A stretch of 59,099 nucleotides of DNA, counting the filler, from Sphacelaria rigidula (taxonomy: Eukaryota), in NCBI GenBank assembly GCA_964200075.2. It is 6 parts of 6 records of this genome, joined end to end, with 100 filler letters (N's around TTAATTAATTAA, not from the genome) between each part and the next. Parts side by side here need not be neighbours in the genome. Positions count along the whole stretch, not along the records: positions 49,334 to 59,099 come from CAXNAA020007810.1; 5 more parts are not named here. One strand, written 5' to 3'. A program made the position numbers and the translations under genes. The notes beneath the pieces were generated by a model, which ran no database searches, was not told the DNA's origin, and saw only the letters and a list, made by a program, of their open reading frames with translations. Positions 50,162 through 59,099 of the stretch are shown piece by piece (positions within the stretch are counted from its first letter, which is position 1; the number at the start of each line of letters is the position of its first letter).

Positions 50162-50904
50162 GAGGAACGGAGGGGTGTTTGCACATACTTCCTGTACATC
50201 TTGTCAAAATTTCATCGAAAACGACTGAGTATTGAGCTCAGGAATTGTGCCACAGCTTGTGCGGCACCACGCGGCACAAAACTGACCGTAACCGAAATCC
50301 AATCTCCGCCATTTTCTTTTGGCTAATTCCACCGCACATAGTACCCTCAATCCTTTACACTTTCGCACTTGATTACAGTTTAGTATTTTGTTAGATGAGA
50401 CCTTGTCGGATCGCAGTGCTACATGAACTTGAAGGCGCACGCTGATTTGCCGAAAATCACTGTGTGTCATGGTGGATACAACTCGCGATACACCGTCAGT
50501 TAAAACAGGCTGAAGGAAAGTGAGCTTGTTGGTCGGCCCAGCCTATAGTACTTCACCTTTAACCATTTCCCTCACCCCCTCCCTCACGTACAGAAATTAT
50601 ATGTACATATATATATATATATATATCGCTAACTCGTTGCAGAGAGGTGGGGCGAAGCGAGTCAACCACCGCGCCATCCATTGATCGATTTGAAAACATG
50701 ACTGCACACTGCACACGAAGGAAGTAGCGCCCAAGCGATAATGTCAATCCCTTGGTCCAAAAAAATAAATTCAACCAACCATTCAACCATCCATTCAATC
50801 CCAACCAACCACCCAATTAAATAATGTATTTATTATATTTAGTATATATTAAACATTTATTTCGCTCTCTGCGCGGTGTATACGTGAATGTGTGTGCCCC
50901 TCAG

Positions 50905-53900
50905 GTGCATGTCTCTGAGACGGCAACTGACCGCGTCGCCAACTCGTCTCCTTCCGCGGCGTCCATGTCCACTGACCTTTATGGCATGGCCACTCTCGAC
51001 GCCTGCGAGCAGATCACAGAGAGGTATGTATAAGAAGTACAGGACACCCCTTAACGTTAAGACGGCGAGAGTAGGTCTATGTTGAACCGGTATTAATTTG
51101 ACATGGAAAAAAGTATGCATGGTCTGGACGGACTGCCGTCGTAGTCTAAAGGTAAACCCTTTGGGAACCCACCGACGATCTTTGTTTTTGTCAATCGACG
51201 TAATCTTTTTGACTTGAAATTGACTGAACATGATGCCGATTCACAAGAGCAAAAATCGTCAGTGGGTTCCCAAAGCGTTCACTCGCAGTTCAATCGGTTC
51301 GGCCATTTCCGAATGTGCGTTCAGCTGCGAGCCCTTCTTCATGACCACGAGTAGCTTCTTGTACTGCTTTCCTTGAAGGAAGGTGGAAACCTGACCCAAC
51401 ATTTTACCCCGCATGCGGATTCGTGTGCCGATCACGAGGAGGCTCGGCGAGACCGCTTCACGGCAATCATGTGGGGCAGGCGCCTCGAGTGTTCTCAAGC
51501 TTTGCTTATGGCCAGTAGGTTGATTAATTGATTTTGATTGATTGTTGCGCTTGAACTTACCACCTGTGGGTCCAGCCGTGGTCATATGATAGACGTACCC
51601 AAGAAAAGCAATACTGAGACCCTTGTTAAAAAAACGAAGGAGCAGAAAAAAGTCGAACAGAACGACATAGTACACCAAGACGTAAGAAAATATACAATGA
51701 AGTAAATATAGAAAAAAAATCAACAAAAGTAAAGCACAGAAAAAGATGGCCGACCTGAAAAATAAAAAAAGAGAGCAGAGAAAAAAGTGGAATAAAAAAT
51801 TGAATGAAAAAAAGGGAAAAGCCCAAGGGATTCAGGGCAGCAGAGTAGATACAGACACACACCACTGGGCACTGCAGAGCCACCGACTAAGGACATAATC
51901 AACAACCGATATGAGCAGCCAGTGTGAGGTTCCAACCCCCTAAAACCCCCTGTCAACTTGGTGCAGTGCACGCGCCGTTCCACTCTGATGAGCTTCGGCC
52001 CTGGCGGGACGGCCGGCATAGGGAAAGTATTTTTTTCAACCACCGTGGTTTCCACCCTACACCCCGTGATTCCGCCAAGTCTTGTGCCTGCAGCAGCGCA
52101 CGTCTAAGTACAGAAGGCACTCAGTAAGTACCGTAGATTTAAAGGGACCCTCGCCCCACCTCTCCGCCTCCAGAATGTGAAGTATACGAGGAGGAACGGA
52201 ACGTGCTAGAGAGTGGAATGCGGGACGTGAACGAAGGTGGCATGAAATGGTTTGATTCATTAGACAGGGAGAAAACGATGGATATACTGGGAGATAGATG
52301 GTGGCCACAGAAGGCCAAACAGGACGGGGATAAGATATGTGGTGGAGTATGACAGCTTCTTTGGAGGTACTCGAAGAAAATAGTCAAAGCTGGATCATGT
52401 ATGTACTCCCCCATCGGCCCACTTTTTCGATATTGATCTATTACTATCTCAATACAGAAAACCGTGCATCGTCAAACACACTCATGCAGAATATAACAAT
52501 GAGATGTTTTTGTAGGCAGCATCTGCGAAGATCAAGCGCGGGGGACCCAGCAGAGATCAACGCATGTGCGGAGATGTCGAATGAGGGAACCAAGGTCTGC
52601 GAATCGTATCAAGGTGCCGAAATATAGAGTATCCACGAATAGCTAAATCTGCGCTACTCGCCTGAAAAGCTTGGAATGTAAATGCGTGTGTATGTGTACA
52701 GTATGCATTTATATTCTCGCTCTGAGCTGTATGAGTCATATCTGTGTGTATGTGTCATTTCCGTTTGGCTTTTGGACAGGCTGAAGCCGGTGGCCGCTGG
52801 AATGCCCCCCGGGGCAACGTTCCCAGACGTCGTCAAGGTATGCATGAATGCCGTTCACGTTGTGACCGCCAAGAATTTTCGGATTTTCAACTGTTGGAGC
52901 ATTTGTAGATTGTGATCATGTTCCAAACATTGGCATTGTTCGGCGAAGATGCATGAATTCAAAAGAGTATTTATCGTCCGGTGCGCTTCTGTTTTTTTTT
53001 CACCTCAGACCACTTTTTGTGGGATCAGTTAAAAACGCATATATTTAAATAATGCTTTAGTCGTCACTTTCGTCCATTTTGTTTTTCAAAGAGTCAGTCG
53101 CGGTATGGGATAATCTTTTTTAGAGAGAAATAGTGCATGCTCTGTCTGATCGTTGTCAAAACGTCGTCCCAGATCTTAAAAAATGCTCGCACTCTTTAAT
53201 CATTCGAAAGTGCACTATAAAAATGCATCTCCCCTATAAGTTGATCGCACCGCTCTTTGTATCATGTAGCCCAATTGACCATGCTGCCTCTGTCAGGAAA
53301 AAATACCCTATCCTATATTGCAACACACACCGCTCCGCTTGCACCGCGTAATTTGTCGGCGCACGCACATGAGTAACGATAGCGAAGTGGATATCGTGGC
53401 CTGATCCATCACCACTTGCAAAAAGGCTCTCCTTACTTTCAGCTGCCGGCGGAAGGAAAGTACGAGACGTCGCCTCATGAGTTTTTCCTGTGCGAAATCA
53501 TGGTTTTAAAGGACAGTCTCGTAACGCACGGTACCGTACACTGCTGGGTAGACTCCGGCCTAGACAAGCGTTGCGTGCATACAGCTAGTACAGGGGGTCA
53601 GGCTCGAAGCTGTTAGAGGCGACCTAAATATTCGGCCGTACATCTATGGTTAATTATTTCGGATAAACTAACAATAACCCTGACCCTAACCCTGACCCCG
53701 ACCCAAGGAACACGAAACCCTCGGGCAAGGGGGAATGCATTGGTTTCTCTAGGCAAAGTGCGCGTTGGGAGACCTCAAATCGATGCCGCAGGCGCCGATG
53801 TCGACCAAAATGCGTTCTGGACGAGCTGTGTCCACTGATCACCTGCCCCCAAACTACGAATTTTCTCAGAAATTTCTCAAGTCTGAAATCAGGTAGTAGT

Positions 53901-56900
53901 CATGTTGTCAACCATAGGTATACGACCAAAAACCCTCTAGGTCTGCTGAGCTATTTGTGCTGCTCCTCGACTCTTAGTGCGGGTCGTTAGGCTACGCGGG
54001 CAGACAAAACGTGTGATCACAGCGTGTTATTGTTTGTTTTGTTTTCGGCCCGCGGTGCTGACACCCTCGTGCTGATGGACGTGCGCCAAGGACCCCCGAG
54101 ATGTTTTGATGGATACAGCAACTGTTGCTCTTGCTCAGCCACACACATAGCCCGGACGACGCAGCTCCCAGTGTATTCGAAGAATGCTGTGATGAGGCGC
54201 AGTAGACCACTGCCTCGACGCCGATGGGCTTGATCAAGCGGTGGTCGTGGTAACGTAGCCATCGAGTTTTCTTCACCGCGAGTCGCGTTACAGTCAGTGC
54301 AACTATTTCAGTACCGTGCAGGCACTGCAGTCACAACAGTCACTGCAGGCTAGTACAGCCACAACAGTCACTGCGATCACTACACTCACTGCAGTACCTT
54401 ACAGTAACTGCAGTCAGTGAGCCAATAAAATCACTACAGTCAAGCAGTGAGCCAATAAAATCACTACAGTTAGTCAGTAAGTCACTACGGTCACTACGAC
54501 CACTGCAGTGGGTGCAGCTATGGGTCGGAATGGGAAGCCTAACGGCAAAAAAAACGCTCCCCGAAAAACATGGAAAAAAAACATGGAGGAATGATTAACA
54601 CGTCATCTGGTGGTCGCACCTCCGCCGAGCAGAACACGAACAGGACCGGTAGGGTTAACCGGCATTGGGCTACAAATGTCCATGGCTGATAATAACTTGA
54701 TTTGAGTGTGTACGACGAGAATTGGATCTTTGGTAGGGCTGACAGTCCCGTGTGCTCCTCGCGTGCGCAGAACGCGTTTTCGTCGATATTGGCGCCACAG
54801 GCATCGATTTGGGGTCTACCAAGGCCGCACGTTGCCTCGGGAATGCTATGTACCACCCATGCCCGAGGGTTCTCGGTATACGTTGGGTTGGGGCTAGGGG
54901 TAGGGGTAGCGATACTTGTAAAATTGTGTCAACCATGGACATTTGTAGCCCAACGCCGGTCAACTAGCGTCAGCAGAACACACGCGTCATCCCTTTTTAA
55001 CTTGGTTTAGTATGCGACAGTTGCAGCACCTTTCATCGCGACTTTTTCAACACAAGAAGCAAGCCGACCCGCGGCACTTCTCAGCCCCCCCGCTCACACA
55101 CAACAGCTAGGTCAAGCCATTATACTCTTGGTTGATTCGCCACAGCGGACCCGAAAAGCCTCGAAAATCGAGAGTAGGTCTCCTGTTGAACCGACATAAA
55201 TTTCAGTTGAAAAAAGTATGCATGATCCAGGCGGACTACCCTCGCGGTCTAGGAGTTAAATACATTTGGGTGTAGTGCGGATTAATATCACCCGCGAAGG
55301 CGATCGCGTACGTTTGTGGTAAAGTGTACTTGAAAAAATATCGTTCTCGCGAGATTGGAAGTAGAGCGCTGATTGAGAGTGGCCTCGATCACTCGCTTTA
55401 ACGTAGCCGATTTTTCATTCCGTGTGTACTTTTTTCTGCCTCTATCATCGGTGTGTGCCTACAGCTACACGTCGATATCCTACTCAGGGATGTCAAGGGC
55501 CTCAGTGGCAAGCTACTACTACAGAAAGCATTTTGGGCCTCGCGGAGGGGCATTTCGGAACTGAAACGATTCATTCACTACTTGACCGCCTTTCACTATC
55601 AATCGTATTCTTTACTCTCAATCAAACGAAAACATTGTTAATAGTAGCACATTTTGCATGTGCGCAGTCGTTATTTCGAGGTGACGAGGGTACTTGTGAT
55701 TGATGTTGATTGGCTCGTGTAGGCTTGACTTCTTCCGAATAGAGTGGTCGGTGCGCACCTTCCCAAAATATCGTACCCCAAATCGGCCCCCATTCCAAGC
55801 CATAACAGTCAGTACAGCCAGTACGGCCAGTGCCTGTTTCGATTTTCTCGAAGGAAGATGAAAAATATTGCCGTCCACCACAACTCACAGGTCAAAAATC
55901 AGTCTTTTCTTTTACACGCCGCAAAAAACATCAGAAAAATGTGTTTTATGTGTTTGTCAGGGCTTTTTTTTGGTACTTCCTGTCAGTATTGAGTGAGTTG
56001 GTTAGTCGATTGTCGCACATTAACTTATCATTATCTGCAAGATAGACCCAGCAGTGGTCATTATCCTAAAGATAGACGTACCCCAGATAATCAAAAAGGA
56101 AACGCTCGCCGAAGTGAAAGAAGTCGGAAACAGATGCAGAACAGTTTATACAACAAATAGGAGGAGTAAACTGAGACATGAAGGTCAACACAAACGAAGA
56201 CCAAAGCAATACGCACCGTTCTTTTCCTCGCTGCGAGACAAGAAAGATCTCCACCGCCATGATGGATGAGATCAGACTACTGCGGACTGGCTCTCTATAC
56301 ACCAACAAATCTTACAGATTCTTTTTTTTTATTTGTGTGATGGATGTTTCTGTTCGAACAGACGACATAATCATATCATACATTCACGGATTCGAAACAT
56401 TGCATCCTGCTCCTCGTCTGATCGAGAAATGTATGTCCCATACACGTGAACGAATACACCGTCATACAAATATTGTACCGTGAATGAATCATGATCATTC
56501 CATACGTGCGACGGAACAGACGATCTATCGTCCATGAATCGCATCAAACTCATTACCCCGTTTTCGGGCGAACCGTGCAGCACGTGATCTATAATGAAGT
56601 TATTTTGTTTTGCTTGTCGTCACACTTTCAACACATCCCCTCTCTCCGGACGAGACAGTCCATGGTCTCAAGGGATCGATACACCCGTCTCTCTCCGCCG
56701 GTACATGCCTTGCATTTTGGTCTGATGGATTGGATCATGACCAGCACTCCCGGACCGTGTCAACTCTCGTCAATCACCCTCAGTCCAACAAACTCTTTCT
56801 GCTACTAACGTACCCCCAATTCTACCAGCATAGTTCAGATACCCCGAAGAGATCATTCAAACGCATCAGCCGGGAACCGAACCATCCGAATTTAGATCGT

Positions 56901-57437
56901 GGGGGCGCAGCGGCGAAACATTACTAGATCATTATTTTCGATTTGCAGGTGGTGGAGCGATATGAGGGTGTTTTATTTATTTCGCGCGGTCGAAGCAGTA
57001 AATAATAATTATATAACTAGTCTAATGCCGACTGGTGCGTATTTACTTGAAAACGTACGTGCCCATTTTATTTATTTTCTGTTTTTTAACAGCGAAATTT
57101 GCCCGGGCCGATCTTGTAGATCCTGTCTATACCCGTTTGTACCGGACTACAGTACGGTATTAGCATATATGCCGGAATTCTGCGATGCGTGTGTGTTTAT
57201 GTATATATATATATATACACACACACACTCCTTAGCGGTGCACCAGTAGAAAACAAGCGTGTGTTCCCTGTATACCCCGCGTCGTTCGTGTTGTGAACAA
57301 AGGCGGCATACTTCCAGAGGGTGAACCTGTCCGCGCAGGGCTTCTACAAGGTGCCGACAGGCCGTTGCGGATACGATTTCGACATGGTGACGGACAACAA
57401 CAGAGATAGAGGATTCCCGTTCAACTATTTCACCCAG
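50905..57437 (+). CDS. XDH: Xanthine dehydrogenase/oxidase, internal fragment of the molybdopterin-binding domain: join(50905..51023,52780..52837,57303..57437)
   Basis: Spliced reading is [104 protein letters not shown]. This matches the XDH ETSTxxVxNxSPTAASxSxDLYG..LSAxGFY..PFxYF signature, and phases 2 and 0 are consistent. Confidence 0.9.
51520..52012 (-). mobile_element. Putative full-length tRNA-derived SINE (~500 nt) in an XDH intron
   Basis: Minus-strand head ggccgaagctcatcagagtgg...ccaagttgac...ggttggaacctcacac (related head at 49915-50000) and tail ttcttgggtacgtctatc..ccacggctggaccc..(aatc)n, shared with 42295-42365 (+) and about 56040-56090. Confidence 0.55.
54290..54510. repeat. 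Degenerate cagtcact(a/g)cag minisatellite
   Basis: Repeated cagtcac/tcactacagt units, including cagtgagccaataaaatcactacagt x2. Confidence 0.75.
54654..54964. mobile_element. MITE (~310 nt) with ~38-bp TIRs; an inverted diverged copy of its interior lies at about 53675-53830
   Basis: gttaaccggcattgggctacaaatgtccatggctgata / tgtcaaccatggacatttgtagcccaacgccggtcaac. Confidence 0.75.
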
Positions 57438-57449
57438 GTATACGTACGT

Positions 57450-57790
57450 GTAGTTGGTTTCCTTTTACTTGTTTTTTCCTTTCTCTTCCGTTTTTTCTTT
57501 TCTTTTATTGACTTTTCGTCATATCTTCAATCTTCTCCATTATTTTTATTTTTTGTTTGTCTCGCCTTTTGTTGTCTTCCTATTTTTATTTTTGATCCTT
57601 TTGTTGCTGTTGTTGTTGTTGTTGTTGTTGTTGTTTTAGTCTATTTTTTTTCTCCCATCTCTTTCTGTAATTTCTCCCGCTTTCCCCCTTTTCTCTTCGT
57701 TTCTTTCAATTATTCCCTTTTTCATTTTTTTCTCCTCTTTTTTCTCTTTTTTCTTCCCTTTGAATTATGTTTCTTCGTTTTTACCCAGTA
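57450..57790. repeat. T-rich low-complexity tract with a (GTT)n microsatellite
   Basis: Direct inspection. Intronic, downstream of the XDH exon. Confidence 0.85.
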
Positions 57791-58994
57791 GTCTCGATTC
57801 GTACACGCGGTGCTTCTTCGAGCTAGAATTTCAAGCGATGGCTTCGTTCCCGTCTCTCGTTATTTTGCGTTGGGATTCATAGACACCGCTATACCCCAAA
57901 GTTCGTCAGAGAATGGGTTCCTCCTCATTTCTAGCTTGCCGCATTTCTGCCGCACGACAGCATTTTTCAAGATCCGATGAGCAACTTTTCATTGTTCGGG
58001 CATGAAACCGCCCACCAACCTCAACAATGGATATTGAATCCATCAAGGATGCGCTCGGTAGGGTGGTACCATATTCGAGTATTTTGAGCAATCATTCTCT
58101 GAGCACCCAAAATTTGGGGAGAGTGTTGAGATCGTTCTCAGTGTTTAGTACCTGGATGTTGGGTGAAGTAATGCGATAGTACCAAACTTTACCCAATATT
58201 TGGGTGGGGTTTGGAAGCTGGACCATCGCAACACAAAATTCGGGAGAGTAAATACCCGGGTATTTACCCTAGCCAACACCCTTGGAATCCATATTATACT
58301 TCACGGGAGGCACGGTATGTTTTCCGTTATCACGAAGAGGAAAGATTTACGTTTTCCTCTTTTTTTGCCCACGCTGTGTCGTTTTCTTCGGTCCTTCCCA
58401 TGTTTGTGACGGGATATTGAATATTGGTGTGTTAGGGTGAAATGTTGGAGAAACGCTGACTGGCCCGTTTTGTATGTACTAGTCATGTCACGCACAGTTT
58501 CATTTTATCCTTTTGTTTCTGTTGTGCTGTTGCTGGGTAGGCTGTGACGATATCCCGAATGGCTTAAGTGTACGTGTGGTGTATTGATCAATTAGTTGAT
58601 TGCTTGTTTTTATTGTACATGAACGATTCTGCTCTTGGGTATACGACTACAACACACTCCCGGACAACGCCTACAGATGACATCGTCAAACGTTGTACCA
58701 TTGTGTACAGTCTACTCTTCAGGGTACGACTAAAGCGCACACCCGGACAACTGCTATCGATAACGTCGGCGAAAATTGTACTACTGTGTACAGTATCGGA
58801 ATACTCCGTCTATTGCTCTAAAGTGGACGAAACTTTGGATACTGTACGCAGTACACTTTTTGCCAATGTGATCGATCTATTGTCATACTCCAGATCGTGG
58901 AATATAGCCGTGGTCAAAAGATGAACGGAGCAAAGGTAAACAAACGGTAGACGGGAGCAGTCGCTGTAATAAACTCTACAAAGGGGGAGGGAGG

Positions 58995-59099
58995 GAGGGT
59001 GTACTCATGATCATGCATGCCATAGTCGTATGACCGTTGACTTCGCATCCCTACAAAGCCGGGACGGAGCAAGGGGGGCCTGCTCATTTGTTGCTTTGC
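58995..59099 (+). repeat. High-copy ~80-nt-unit repeat (G-run-gtactcat...tagtc...ccattgacc..gcatcc); other copies at about 9990-10150, 12068-12140, 19571-19634, 49166-49233
   Basis: The same motif recurs in three contigs and coincides with three contig ends. Confidence 0.8.

Noticed and set aside
53675-53705. aaccct-like telomeric repeats
   Set aside because: Only 3-4 degenerate units, inside a MITE-related repeat.
57438-57791. Hydrophobic Phe-rich 'membrane protein' ORF
   Set aside because: T-rich low-complexity intron read through from the XDH exon.

Overview
Eukaryotic, intron-rich DNA, most likely from a brown alga (Phaeophyceae). This is inferred from intron style and 126-nt TPR exons. 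The window is not one locus. It is six length-sorted contigs (9767, 9767, 9767, 9766, 9766, 9766 nt) joined by artificial 100-nt N44-TTAATTAATTAA-N44 linkers. Contig 1 (1-9767) holds the main discovery: a 14-exon gene of about 795 aa that fuses a RelA/SpoT-type (small alarmone synthetase / Apk-Tas1-like) nucleotidyltransferase domain directly to an array of 42-aa TPRs. Each TPR sits on its own 126-nt phase-0 exon, some positions are hypervariable, and the introns carry decayed TPR exon copies. It is a candidate exon-shuffling immune receptor with an alarmone/toxin effector. Contig 2 is repeats and decayed transposon-like coding sequence. Contig 3 carries the 3' part of a transcriptional-type cyclin with a roughly 990-aa Q/H-rich terminal exon and an intronic non-autonomous hAT-like element. 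Contig 4 is a 2.3-2.6 kb direct duplication containing minisatellites. Contig 5 has a P-superfamily transposase fragment convergent with a 633-aa gene carrying P-transposase-C-terminal-like and SAP-like motifs. Contig 6 has three xanthine dehydrogenase exons separated by repeat-filled introns.
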